DNA of 64,000 nucleotides from Setoptus koraiensis (Eukaryota; Animalia; Arthropoda), in assembly GCA_048013815.1 (NCBI GenBank), contig CM106585.1, positions 15,686,001 to 15,750,000 on the forward strand. The letters run 5' to 3'. Both the position numbers and the translations under genes were made by a program. This document shows, piece by piece, positions 33,071 to 46,300 of this stretch. Numbering within the stretch: position 1 is the first letter of the stretch; each line of letters starts with the position of its first letter. Below the pieces are notes generated by a model. The model searched no databases. It was given only the letters and a program-made list of their open reading frames with translations, and was not told where the DNA came from.

Positions 33071-34065
33071 TCAATACAGGCTAGCCATGCAGCTAGTCTT
33101 GCCCAAACAACAGAATACAATGAGCAATATAGTTGTAGGAAGTAGTGTAAATATGATTATAATATTATTGTTAGGCACAAGATTGGCCGACTGATTGCAT
33201 GCATCGGAATAACAAGTGCATGACTCCATCATAACGCCGTGTGTTCCAGAACGTTTAACGCAAACGTCCTTCTTTTCGCTTTGACTAGCTTTATCGCTTT
33301 CCTCAACATAATCAATCCAGCCACAGTTTCTGCGGACCAACTTTCTAGACTCGACTGTTTAATTTAATAAATTTAATACAAGTAATAATTGAATTTAATG
33401 GTCGATTGTCATCGTTTGTGACACCAAACAAATAGCGGTAATAAGATTAATCAATTAATGATATTAATATTGATTGCGTGAGCGTGAACGACGATCAGCA
33501 GGATATCACCGAGCGGATCGAATTGGATCGGATCGGATATTCAGTGTGTGTCATATGAGTGAGACCGACTTACCATACATGACCAGTTTCCGGCATACTT
33601 TGGGCTTAGCGTCTGCCGCTTGAATGTAAGGGTCGTCTTTGCAGTCGATGGCGGTTCTGTTGGCGCTATCGAATGTTTCGTCGCAGCCCCGATCATCGAC
33701 ACTGGTGCAATTGAAGCATTTCAGCGAGTTGACTGTTGATTGAATTGGGCCCGGTTGGTGTTGGTGTTGTAATTGTTTTGTCGAGCGACAGGCAACCGAA
33801 TTGGAATTGCGAATTGCGCACGTGGCAGAATTAGATGCGGCACAGGTGACAGGTTAGACAGAGCAATTAATTGATTAATTATACAATTATTATACAATTG
33901 GACAGGGCGACAAACTGAGACTGGCCACACAAAGACGGCCTCGGGCCGGACAGAGATTATCAAGGGCAGTGAATAGTGAGTGTGAATAGTTATATACGCA
34001 CCCTGGTCGAAATACAACAACGCCAATTGTAAACAAACAAAAGCTACCAATAGCGAGCTATTCAT
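33071..34065 (-). CDS. crok: Ly6/uPAR three-finger GPI-anchored protein, crooked-like; 3 exons, 168 aa
   Basis: Exons 34065-34002, 33732-33574 and 33354-33071, GT..AG, phase 1/1. Product: signal peptide + LKCFNCTSVDDRGCDETFD..IDC..VCRKLVMYVESRKLVRRNCGWI..VCVKRSGTHGVMMESCTCYSDACN + hydrophobic GPI signal. It has 10 Cys with a terminal CN. The CRK..C..RSG....ME.CTC pattern is most like Drosophila crooked, but the exact paralog is less certain than the family. Confidence 0.85.
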
Positions 34066-35263
34066 TTTTGTTGTAATCTGATTGTAATGATGATGATTGG
34101 TAGTTATAGTGAACGGCGACAAGGGATTTGTCTCTGTCGCATTCAAATTTGGTTCAATGGGTTTATTGGAATTGAGCTGTCTCAGTTTGCTTGCTTCACT
34201 ATTTCTTGTTGTAACCGTTTGCTTGTGAATATTATTGTCTGGCGTTTGATATAGTAATAGAGTCATATTATTACTGTTATTAGCAGTGATTTTAATAACG
34301 TGAGTTATTTGTATAACTCTTACAAGCGGGTACTCTTGTCTCTAGGTTGGTTGCTTGTTTAGCGCTCTCTGTTTCGCCGACTATGCTCGCCGACGTTGCT
34401 GGCTTGTGTGAGAGCTACGACTGGCTGTCTATGCGAAATGTCTAGCTGTTGTTGGCTGTGAATCTATTTGGTTTGAATCTATACGTGAGTGTATAATTGG
34501 GATAGGTATTGTATAATGCGGATTTGCTGCGGGTCGGTGTCGTCGGGCTCCCAGCGGGCGACAATTGTAACAACAACAATAATCGACTAGCGACACTGAA
34601 TGTGAAAACTGCAAAAGGATGCGTACACTGGCGGATATTGTGGCGTCTTGTAGCAGATATTACAGCAATAATAATTATGATGATAATACTCGATGCAATA
34701 ACAGTAATAATGCGTTATCTTAAACATGACGAGCATTAGCAACTAATGAGTAGCTAGGTGCTGCTGCTGCTGTTTGTGTGCGATATTCGCACCACATACG
34801 CATACACGCACACACACACGCACACATACACACACTTGCACAAATCCTCTAGTCAGCACACACACACACACACAATCGCTTGTTGTGTGTGTATCAGACG
34901 ACGACGACGACGAGGACGTCAGCATCGAGATACTCGCTACTCACGTCCCCACAATGCAGTCTCCTCGAGAAGCTATAGTAGCGAACACACACACACACAC
35001 ATCATCGCGGCCTGGCAAGTCTGCGCCCCAAAATGGTCCATTTAGTCTAGCTCACACTGTGTTCTTCGGCAACGGTTTACACTAGATACACACGCAGCCA
35101 GATAATAAGAGCACGGCGAGTGCGCTAATGTCGCTATAGTCCGCACACTCACTTGGCTCGCTCTCTCGGGCTCGACACACATTACGCACACACACACACA
35201 CACACATATATATATTATATAATATATATATATATATATATCCGAGAGCACACACATATACGC

Positions 35264-35322
35264 ATATATACGCATGTATACGCATGTATACGCATGTATA
35301 CGCATGTATACGCATGTATATG
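35264..35322. repeat. 10-bp (GCATGTATAC)n array beside (CA)n/(TA)n tracts
   Basis: About 5 units visible. Confidence 0.85.
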
Positions 35323-36118
35323 CGGGTGCTCTCGTTTGTTACACACACAAATCGGATAATGTATTCTTGTGTGTGTGTGTTGGGTACATGGGCAAACGTC
35401 TAACGTGAGCGTACACCATCCAATCGCCTCGCTGTTACGTAACTCTGCTGCTATATGGTGCATGGTTAAAAATAGTCCGCACACATAGAGTCGATCGCGA
35501 GTTGCGACAACAGCGCATCTAGCCATATAGCACCGACGGGCATGTAACCACGACGGTAGCCTCGCGGCTGGCACGGTTCCGCTAGCAGCAGCCGCTTTGG
35601 CGATCTAGTTTTTAGCAGCACGCCAGCGGCTTCATATTGGCGCCTAATGCCGCCCTGTGTATACGTGGCGCAACGCGACGCGACGCGTTGTGCTCCACGA
35701 AACACACCTAACAAAATGTATACTGCAAATAAGTGCTTGTGGACATAATTGTGACCGCTTGTGTGACGCTGGGCCCCCGCCGAAAAGCCAACCCAACTTG
35801 GCGGTGGCCGCAACCGATCAGCGGCGTGAAGGCCGCCGAATTGGTGGCTAAAGAATGAGTTTGTGTCATGACGAACCAACAATTCTTTGCCACTTGCTCG
35901 AACACAAAGGGTTGACAGCAGCGTTGACGACTGAATGAACAGAATACAGACAGACACAGGCTCCGTATCACAGAAACAGTAAGCATAATAAACACGCACT
36001 AGAGCGGATTTGAGTGACGCGAAAATATTTATTACTTTTTTGGGTCTATCTCGACTGGTCTATCTAGAGATAGCGAAAGCTAAATAGACTATTAACTATC
36101 AGTGATAGTAACACCAAG

Positions 36119-37066
36119 TTACATAGTGCCAATTGAGGCTCGTACAAACTCGTCGGCTCTCTGTCTGGCACTGTCGCTCGGCTCGAAATTAGATTTATAC
36201 GGCGGCGATTTCAGACCATAATTGTTCTGGACAGTTGTGCGATGATAACGATTTTGCTGTCTGTATCCACCTGAGGGGTAACCGCCGCCGCCTCCATTGT
36301 AGCGACTGCCACCATTGTTGTAACTGCCTGAGTATTGGTTAGAGTTAACTCGATTGACATAATTGTTGTGAGCGGCATTATTGTATCCGCCGGCTCGATT
36401 ATTATAGCCATCGTTGTTGCTGTTGCGTCTGTTAACGCGAGAGCCTAGTGGCGATCGATCCTTGTTTTTTCTGTTGTTCGACTTGGTCGAAGCAGCTTTA
36501 CCTTCATTAGAAGACTTTTTTTGGTCGCCGGCATTCTTGTTGCCCGATTTCTTGTTGTTTGGTTCCTTTTGCTTCTGATCGTCGGTTGCTTGGTCAACTT
36601 TAACATCAATGCCGGCGCTTTCGGCGGTTTTGTCAGAAACAGTCACAATATTGTCGGCTTGCGCGCTTGACTCGGTGCTCTTAGAGCCAGTGTTGTCATC
36701 CGAAGCTGGCTTGACGTCAGCAGCTTGTTGATCGGTGCCAGGCTGATTATCTGCTACAGTTGTCTCATGTGGTGTGTCCTGTGAATCAACATTGGCGTCC
36801 ATTGATGTAGATGAGCTATTCTCAACATCGTGCACTGCCTTACTAGGTGATTGTACCTCGTCACTTGTCGCCTGGGTTTTTGTTGAAGGGCTCATCTGGG
36901 CAGGTGAGCATATCGCAGATTTGTATGGACTTGACGGGGGAGTATTTTTCAGGATAATAGAGGCTGCCGCCTCGTCGGTGGTTTTTTCCCCATCACCAGT
37001 GGCGGTGGACAATAGCTGGTGCTGGTCGCCATGAGCATCTTTAACTTCTTGAGCCGACTCTGCCAT
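36119..37066 (-). CDS. Uncharacterised intrinsically disordered protein, 315 aa, with Asn/Gly/Tyr/Arg-rich C-terminus
   Basis: 948-nt ATG-to-TAA ORF that is not a microsatellite frame, with coding-like composition. No domain recognised. It may splice onward, since GTAACT overlaps the stop. Confidence 0.6.
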   Translation of the reverse strand: MAESAQEVKDAHGDQHQLLSTATGDGEKTTDEAAASIILKNTPPSSPYKSAICSPAQMSPSTKTQATSDEVQSPSKAVHDVENSSSTSMDANVDSQDTPHETTVADNQPGTDQQAADVKPASDDNTGSKSTESSAQADNIVTVSDKTAESAGIDVKVDQATDDQKQKEPNNKKSGNKNAGDQKKSSNEGKAASTKSNNRKNKDRSPLGSRVNRRNSNNDGYNNRAGGYNNAAHNNYVNRVNSNQYSGSYNNGGSRYNGGGGGYPSGGYRQQNRYHRTTVQNNYGLKSPPYKSNFEPSDSARQRADEFVRASIGTM

Positions 37067-37418
37067 TATTGTGTTACGTTATTTTTCTGAACAAACAAAC
37101 TGATTTAGATTAATCTTACTCTTGGTTTAGCTGAGGAATAGTTGATACAGTCTTTTAGTTGACTAACATGAGCTACTTAGTAATATAACAATATTACTTT
37201 AATAGATCTTCTTAATTATTTATGTAAGTCGCTGATCGAATCTTTCTTGTAGTGTGCATACTGTTGGGCACTGCTCTTACATTTTATACTCTCTCGGTGG
37301 TAGCGATCTCAAAAGTGGCTGAAATCCATTCATTTAACCACATGACATAACTCGATAACTCATGCACTAATCACACAACAATCACCACCATGTGCCTTTG
37401 TTCAAGTTCATCATTACT

Positions 37419-40400
37419 TCATTTTTTCTTTGTGGGTGTTTCTAGAAGATCACGCTCTATATTGATACTTGTTTTATTGTTGTTGCTGTTGTTGTTGTTC
37501 CCGCATGAACTAGAGCTTATAGCGTTGCAATTAGAATTAGTTATTAGGGTCTGCATCCCGCCACTTGCATTACCGCTTATGTTTGGCGCTATTTTTGAGT
37601 GCATCTCGCTATTTATATCATTGTTGGCCATATTGATATTACCATAATGATAATCTGACTGTGGTTGATTGACTACAAAATTCATTTTGTGACTCAGTAG
37701 CTGCTGTTGCATATTCTCACAAATTCTTTTAAATCTATGGATTGGCCCAGATATCAGGGAGAACGTCAAACAATATACGGAACGAAAAGAATTCTGTCTC
37801 TGATAATTGTCTCTATCGTTCTGTGAGGATCCATTTGTTGATGTGTTTCTCGTTCCTGAGCTATTGTTGGCTGACGAACCTGCCGCCGTTATGTCTATTT
37901 GGAATTTAACGTTCCTTTGAAACATTGCTGAAGTTCCGGATGACCTCTTGAATTCAACCCTGAACGACATTGGACTTAATATTTGATGATTAACATCGGG
38001 ACTCTGGAGCATTTTGATAAAAACGAGAAAAACGTAGTTGCATTAGTGGACTGATTAGACTATGTAGTTACTGAACTTGAAACAACTGCATGACGCCTAT
38101 ACTCACAGAGAAAAATGTATGGATTAGATCGGCTTTGATAACCGTCAGAGGTCTGTCTCTGATGAGGACAACATGGACATGGGCATCATTTTGAATTGCT
38201 CCATCACCGGTGGTGTTACCAAGAAGCATCAATTGACCGAACCAAGATTTTTTGTTCAGATTTGGACCCGGTTCACACATGTCGCTAGTTGCAAGCTCTT
38301 CATAGGCAGTGTTTGGTGTTTGCATTTTATTCCTACGATGAAATCTTGGCGTGCCCAGAAAACTGTTCTTGAGATTATTCAAACGCGATTTCCAATAAGG
38401 CTGCTGATGTCCATTTCCATCTAAATCACTACAATTACTGGAAGATCCGAAGCTACCGCTTTCACTCAACGACGAAGATCCTCGTCTACTGGGATTATTA
38501 GTCTTAAATTTCGACGTAGAGTTCAACAAAGAGGTCAATGTTGCCTGGTGATTGGTTGTATTCACTGATGCCGTTGAGGAAGCTGACGGAGAGGGTGAAG
38601 AATCATATCTTTGGTTTGTGTAGATATGATTCACTGGAGTGCCTAATTGTGTTGTAGCAGTTACATTTGTTGCTTGAGGGTTCGTTGGGACAGATGAGCA
38701 TGATGTTTGATGTTGAAGGTGCCTACTGGAACATTGAGTTAGATGGGTTGGTGTTTGTTGTTGTTGTTGTTGGCTACTATTTGTGCTATTGTTGCTTGGA
38801 ATATTGGTTCTTCTGGATAGCATTGGGTGATGCTGACAGCTACTGTGGTGCTGTTGATGATGATGATGACTACCAGAAGCACTATTAACACGTCTATGTA
38901 TTGGAGTGAATTGACTATTTAAAAATGAACTTCTCGAAGTGGGCGATGATAAATCACCACTTGTACTTCCACTGCGACCTTTACTGTACCGTTGTGTATA
39001 GGCTCTTCTCTGGGCTATTGGAGAGCCATCAGTCAATGAATTATACGAGCCTCTCATACTAAGCGCACGCTCGTGATCAGATATTATGAATTTATCTACT
39101 CTTTTTCTTGGTGGATCAATGCCACCTATATTATTTCCTAGTCTATGTAAGCCCGAAGTCAAGGTTGAGTTAATTGCACCTGCCGAGTCCGAGCGGGCTC
39201 TTGTTAGAAATTGCATAGGCCTATTGGAAGAACCTGATAGTTTATGACTAGATTGTGCATTTAAACATTTTGAAGGAGCTATATCCTCTTCGCTGTCTTC
39301 TAGTGCAGGTTTCCTTAACTTCCTGTCTAATAGTAAGAAATATATCACTTTTTCTTCGTTGTGCTCTGTGCTGAGAAGATTAGCCAATAGTTTGTGTTTG
39401 TCTTTGAAGCATCCAAGTGATGACATGTTTGCTAACACATCAGCATCTAAGTCATCTGTTGAGGGAATAATGTGAGTTTGAACGACCTGTTTCATGGGTA
39501 ATTCCAATTCTAATTCATTTAAATCGTTATTGTTACCATTGTTGTTATTGCCAGATTTAGACAATATACCTGAACCACTAGATGAAGAGTTATTAGCGCT
39601 ATTTGAGCTACTTTGGGCACCACCATGAGTACTGCCACTGGTTACCCAAGGATGCCGAACTACCTCATTGAGAGTGATCCTTTTATCTGAATCTACCTCT
39701 ATCATTGCTCTAAGCAGTGACTGGCATTCACTTGGTACAAAGTGTGGTATATGAAAGACACCTCTTTTGACTTTCTCTAGCAATTGCCTTAAGTTGTCAT
39801 CATCAAATGGCAAGGCACCAACTAATAGAGCGTACAATATCACTCCGCAGCTCCATACATCGGCACGCCGTCCATCATATTTTTCGCCTCTCACAACTTC
39901 TGGGCTAGCATAATGCGGAGAACCGCAGGATGTTTCTAATAGAGAATTTTCTAACTGTAACGAGGCCATACCAAAATCGGCCACCTTGATATTGCCTTTA
40001 TCATCCAAGAGTAGATTTTCTGGTTTGAGGTCACGATGACTAGATGCGCGGCATGGTGGTTTGGTATGCGGTAGACGGATACAAGTGTAGATGGTAGTAT
40101 AGATGGTAGTATAGGTAGTAGTATGGATGTGTTTATAGATAGAAAATTGACGAGTTAGTATAAGCAGTATAATATTGATTAATGATTGGTTATCGGGTAT
40201 CGGGTACTTGATTGAGTAATTAAGTTAAGCGAGAGCTGCGTGCGTTGCGCAGATAAAGAAATAGAACTAACCATATGGAATGACAATGGCAAAAGTCTAG
40301 CGCCGAAATGATCTGCCTGAAGAACTTCCTCGCCTCCTTTATGTTGAGTCTGCCCTTGCTGACTAGATAGTCGAACAATTCGCCACCAGATACGTGCTCC

Positions 40401-41228
40401 AAAACTAGATAGAGGAAGTGCTTATTTTCGTACACATCGTACAATCCGAGAACGTGCGGATGTTCGATGAGTTTCATGATGGCTATCTCTCGTTCCACCT
40501 AATTGGAATAACAGTTGCATTGAATTGCAGTTGGATTTGGGTGGAAAAGACAAAATGGATGGATTAGTTGACTGAGTCAATTTTCTCCAGATTTAGCACA
40601 ACTGTTACCTGGTTTTGCTTACCTTCTGCAGAACGGACTCGGATAGTTTTGTTCTGTTGATGATTTTGATTGCCACCTTATGTCCAGTAACACAATGTAT
40701 GCCTAGCTTGACAAGGCCCGTCTGGCCCTTGCCCAGTGTCTTATCGAGTCTGTATGGGCCCACGTAGGAGTGTTGCACGAGCGAGTTTGACTCGTGATGT
40801 TGATTGTTATTCAATTGCATCTTGTTAACACTGGTGCTGTTGTTGTTCTTTCTACTCTGTCTAGTTGAGTTGTTGCTGGTGCCTGTGGTGTGCGTTTGCT
40901 GCTTTTGATGTTGGTGCTGATGGTGATGATGGTGCTGATTTTGGTGATGACCAGTAATATTGCTGTTAGTGTTAATATTACAGCCGTTGTTGTTGTTGCT
41001 AGTTGAGTTGGTCTGTTTGGAATTGTTATTGTTTGCTAATGTTGCAATGGAGGCGCTGTTATTTGTCGCTTGGTTTGCATTCAATGCTGCTATGCTGTTT
41101 GTGTTAATTGTTGGTGGGTTATTAATTGACGATACGACTGCTACGTTTGCTTGCAATGACGACGAGCCAGCGTTATTGCCAGTGTTTTGGTTGCACAATT
41201 GAGAGGAAGTGACCGCCGCAGAGGCCAT
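37419..41228 (-). CDS. sff: BRSK/SAD-family Ser/Thr kinase (sugar-free frosting/SAD-1 ortholog); 4 exons, about 1116 aa
   Basis: Exons 41228-40623, 40498-40272, 40039-38107 and 38003-37419, GT..AG, phases 0,2,0. Kinase motifs [47 protein letters not shown] and [22 protein letters not shown] region [24 protein letters not shown]1 region [19 protein letters not shown]. Confidence 0.95.
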
Positions 41229-42213
41229 CCTACGGCTGTGAGATTATGATCCTCCAGTTCTCACTTGTCGTGTTATTATTGCTATTGTATTATTATTGTT
41301 GCTATCTATCCAGTGCGTTTATCCAGTGCGTTTATCCAGTGACAAACAGAGCACAATATTGTTGCCTTGGCCCAATTGCATTACACTGTCGGAATGTCGC
41401 TATATAATATAAATATAATGTCTCAATAATACTTGTTACCTATTTGATATAAATATTTGCCTATTTGATGCCAATTTTTATCCTGTAATTATTTCTAATA
41501 ATATTATCTCGAGATGCGTCTGTCTATCTGTTTGTGCCTCTCAGGAGGCGAGGGGGGTGGGGGGGGGGGTGGGCAATCTTCAAGACAACCTGAGATTAAT
41601 GACGCTCCAGTGTCTGACTGTGCCGTTGCTACTGGCTCCGTATCACACGCACACACACCAATACAAATGCATATACAAATGCGCACACACGCCCAATGGT
41701 CCTCAAATGGTCGCCTCAAACGCAGTGCATCTGAAACAATCGCTCTATTTATATTGATAGTTCGCTGACAACTCACCCAATTCTATCTGGTCTGCAGCGC
41801 GCTCTCATTTATCTGGCTTCAGGGGCGCATTCCTCTATGCTCCCTTCGGGGCCCCCATTGAGCCTAAATGCAGTTTGTGCAAGATTGTCCGTGTGTGTGT
41901 GCGTGTGTGCGTTGGGCCAGTAAAGCTTTGAACGCGTACACGCTCGTACAAACGCGCGCACACACACACACTCACTCACACACCTTCGCCGCGCACACGT
42001 ACCGTACGTCATATATAAACGTATACGCTTATGTAAGAACAAGGCACAGATAGAGAGAGAGAGCGAGCCTAGAAACGCGCGCATTAAGTCGATCACACGC
42101 AATCTATTTACAGTGCACAACTAACACAATGGTAAAAAGGGGGCTCTACAGAGGAAGCAACTCAAAGATTTGACAGTATGCGGACTCACCACACTGTTTG
42201 CCTAAGTTATGTC

Positions 42214-42244
<31 letters not shown>

Positions 42245-42830
42245 AAGTGTGTGTTTGCTTGTGCGTGTGCGTGTTCGTGTGCTTGCCTGTTCCACCGAAT
42301 GGTTGTCGGGGGAGCAAAAATTTCCTCATCCTCGTATATATCCTCGTGTATATGTGCGCTTCCTACTCCGCCTCAGCAGCACCAGCTAGCTGCTAGCATA
42401 GATGCAAACCAGAATTTCGTACAACGTACTTTTCCCGCTAGGGGGCCCCTTAGCGGAAACATGAACGTGAATAAAGAATTGCCTGAAACTCGACACCCCG
42501 CGTCTATGCACGATGCCAGCAAGACAGCTAGCGAGAGCAGGAACCCTCTGCAGATCACTAACAAACCAACCAATTTGGTTCAACTAAAATTTTGTTTGAA
42601 TCTCGCGCCTCACAATAGAAAGTGGCCATCTGATTGTTGTTTATACATGATGTGGACTTGGAATTCACGTGCTTCCGAACAGTCGTATACTGTATGACCA
42701 GTGGTTGGACAACAATTTGCGATATTTAGATAAGACGAGTAGGAATGTATTCGACCCGCAACCATACTGCATCATCAAATGACCAACTATATCAAATTAC
42801 TCATATATTATTTTTATTATTATCATCAAA

Positions 42831-43367
42831 ATGGCACTATTGATCAGAAAAGACCTACGTGATAGCACAAAACACTGTCCCATTTGTAAAGTGTCCATCG
42901 CCAGGAGACATTTTTACATACACCTAACTCAAAAATGTATTAAGAAATATGAGAATAATCTCAATGAAATGGGACTGGTCAGATGCCCTTATAGTGAACA
43001 TCATATAATACCCAAAGACTTCTTGGATGACCACCTAGAGAGACACTGTGATGAAGTTAAGAATAACATTACCTCAATTCTTCAGGATCCATCTAGATTT
43101 AATACACCCTTGATAAACGATGGATCTGTCTCCATAATCAGGCAACTTATGAACCATAACTCCATAGATAGTAATCTGGAGTATATCAGAGGAACACTCG
43201 AAGCAAAGAAGAAATCCGATCAAACGGCTGCCCTGCTAGCCACTGAGAATAATATTAAGGAGGAGGACCACCAGAATGTGAAACAAGAGTCCGAACCCGA
43301 TTACTCTGATAGTGATCTAGAACGTATTGATGTTGACGAAACGTTTAGAATGAAAGTGGAAGAATAA
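42831..43367 (+). CDS. GTSF1/Asterix-like CHHC zinc-finger protein, copy B, 178 aa; probable parental copy
   Basis: CPYSEHHIIPKDFLDDHLERHC finger; paralog of 26449-26967. AATAAA overlaps the stop and is followed by a T/GT-rich downstream element. Confidence 0.68.
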   Translation: MALLIRKDLRDSTKHCPICKVSIARRHFYIHLTQKCIKKYENNLNEMGLVRCPYSEHHIIPKDFLDDHLERHCDEVKNNITSILQDPSRFNTPLINDGSVSIIRQLMNHNSIDSNLEYIRGTLEAKKKSDQTAALLATENNIKEEDHQNVKQESEPDYSDSDLERIDVDETFRMKVEE

Positions 43368-46300
43368 AATTCCCATTGTCTTGTTGATTTTGGTGAACCA
43401 TCACGGTTTTTTAATATTTTTTTGTACTGTTTTTCGTCTAATTTTTTATTTCTACTATGACTTCTAATCTAAAAACAGGACTGTCTTTATCTCTCCATCA
43501 CTTATGTAATCAATTTAAACTCTATGGAGAAACATCAGTTCAAGGCCTCCGAACGCACAAGCTTGCACCACAGGTACTACATACACTAAAACCTTGGTTT
43601 ATGTATACTTTAGACTATTAAATTGCTTTGTAGGACGACTTGGAAGAGTAAGACATCGCACTGGACCGTAGATGATCAATTTTCCGTCTTACCTGATCTA
43701 TTTCCTTTCTTTATTTCTCTCTAGTTAAACTCTTTTTGTTCCGTCATTCTTGTGTTGCAGCTTTCAGTGATAGAAGACTGTAACAGCATAGGATAGGATC
43801 AATAAAGAGGATCTGCAGTACTGTGCTCTTTGTCTGTCTAATGTTTGTCAGTTTTTTTTTCTTTTTCTTTTGAAAATATGTAATGTTGTGTGTACGTTTG
43901 TCAAAGACGTGTATGTATGTGCGTTGGTGAGTAAATGCGAGTGTCATTTTGCTGATAGTATTTTTAATGTTTGGTCAAGTCTTTGTTAAGCTTGATGTTC
44001 CGTTGATGTTATACTCCTTATCTGTAAGATGGCTGCTGATATGAGGATTGTGATGATTGTTGAGATGGTGCTCCCGATGGGATATTGCTGTAAGACGCTG
44101 TTTTGTTAATTTTCGTGGTTTGCACAAAGTTGTGATTGTCCGACAGATAAGAAAAGAACAATCGTAACATCGGATTGTTGATGACGGATGTGGATTTTTT
44201 GTTTTTATCAAAGTGACCACGGTGGTTACATAAATTTTTTTCATTGTGTGCCGTTGCATGTTAAAAATAGAGCCATTGATAACACAATATCATGTGCAGG
44301 GGGATATTCATTGCCATTGTCACATAGTTAGTGTCGTGGACGTATGGAAAAGTGATACAGAGAGGAAGAGAGCAGTGATAAAGAAGCATTTGATTAATAA
44401 CTGCATCATTCATGTGGTCACACAAAGAAGAACTAACTTTTTTGTGATATCTAGATGGCTAGGCAATCGGCAGCGAACAATCTTGCTAATCATATTGATT
44501 CTAATCTTTATATTTGGGGCGTCTAAGCCCTTTAACAAAGACAGCAGAAGCGATAACACACAGAATATTGGTCAGCCACTCATTGAGACATTGTGATAAC
44601 AAGAGTGCTCTCACCTTATGTCTCACGGTGACCAATAACCACCCATTCGATGCTGCAAGTACATCCTGCTATTATATAGAAGTAATGGTCTTTCGTTTGC
44701 CCGCTCATAGTGTTAGAGTTGCTAAAGCTTCGATAATGGTAAATGAAATTCCCTTTCTCTTTTGTAGAACGCCCGCACTGGTAAGACTTCCAGAACCTTG
44801 GATACTATTACTATTGCTACAATTACACTAGCGGTATTTACACTACCATTACTGCAACAACCACACTACCTCAGTACGACTACTCTTTAACTGTATCTGT
44901 CTCCTATCCCGGACTCTCTCTCCCTCTCTTTCTTCAACATGTCGTCAACAAGCGACACTCATTCGATGGTGATGATTCGAACATTCATTCTTTTCACCTC
45001 TTTTCACGATTTACGTGTATATATATGGTCACTCGAGACGACCCTTACATTTGAATGTTGTAATCATAGTCATTATTATCATAATTATAATCTTGACAGT
45101 AATCCTCTCTCTTAGGTTTAGCGAAATCTTACTATCACTTACATCCCACAACTACTAGCAGTAACACCACTACTTCTACTATCCCACTATGATCGCCTCT
45201 GAGATTAGAAGCGAGAGAGAGACAGAAAGAAAGAACTAATACTCAGCATAAAGTAGTTGCTCCAATATTAGTTCTAGAAGTTGAAGCAGCAACAGTAGAG
45301 GTTGGAGTAGATGCAATTATGTAGTAATGTTAGCATTAAGCAGATTTTAGCAGGGCTAGTGGTCGCAGTGAATAAGGCTCCGCTAACTTAGCAAGCCTAG
45401 CTTGATGCTGATAAAAGTTACTGCAACTTGCTGTCCTGGGTACTCTCTTCAAGAGAGTCTCTTGAGGCATGCTCCCTCTCTCTCTCTCTCTCTCTCCCTT
45501 TCTTTCTTTCTTTCTTTCTTTCTTTCTCAGTTTCTGTTGTTTGTATGATTACTGAGTGATTGTGCGTGTACAACTATTAGATGTTGTTTGATCTTTCATT
45601 CTTTCTCTCGTTGTCTTCTTCAATCATTCATTTAATTTAGATTTTCGCTGTTTCTCTATCATATGAATTGATCATCAGTCCCGTTATATTAGCGATACCT
45701 CATACTGTTGCAATATAATGCTGCACTGTTAAAAGAATGGCAGACAGGCGAGCAGACTCGACGCTCGCATGACTAGTGGCTCGCAAGATAGCCAGTAAGC
45801 TAGCTGACATCTTGACCAGTTCATCCCTCATCATCTTAATACTCTGGTTGGTTTGATAACAAACTTGCTTGCTCAGCACTATTACTACTAGTAGTAGTGG
45901 TACTATTTGCCCGTTGTATTAAAGAGGTAGTTGCGATACTTTTGCAATGGCACGAACATAAATGAGCTCATGCTATAAAAATTGATGAGCTCATTCAGGT
46001 CATTCTATCTTTCTCCATTGGATAGTTTGTCCATTCCCCAGTCTAGCTGCGGCAACAGCGATGATACTGGGCAATATATTATTGAGCAATATAAAATCAA
46101 CCATTGCTCAGCCGTTATGGAGGTTAGATGCGGCAACAGCAGCGTAGCTGCAGTAACAGCAACAACAACAATTCTAAAAACAGCACCGTTCTATCAGCTA
46201 GTTTCACCCTTAAGGCTAGTCCAAGTTGAATAATTATTATTATTGACCAGTGCTTTGGATAGTGTTGGAGTAACTGGTAAACTCAGCTAGCAATCTAAAT

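Noticed and set aside
35466-35999. 177-aa minus ORF downstream of the disordered orphan
   Set aside because: No ATG-led start or recognisable domain, and I could not build a supported splice to 36119-37066. It more likely belongs to UTR or regulatory DNA of flanking genes.
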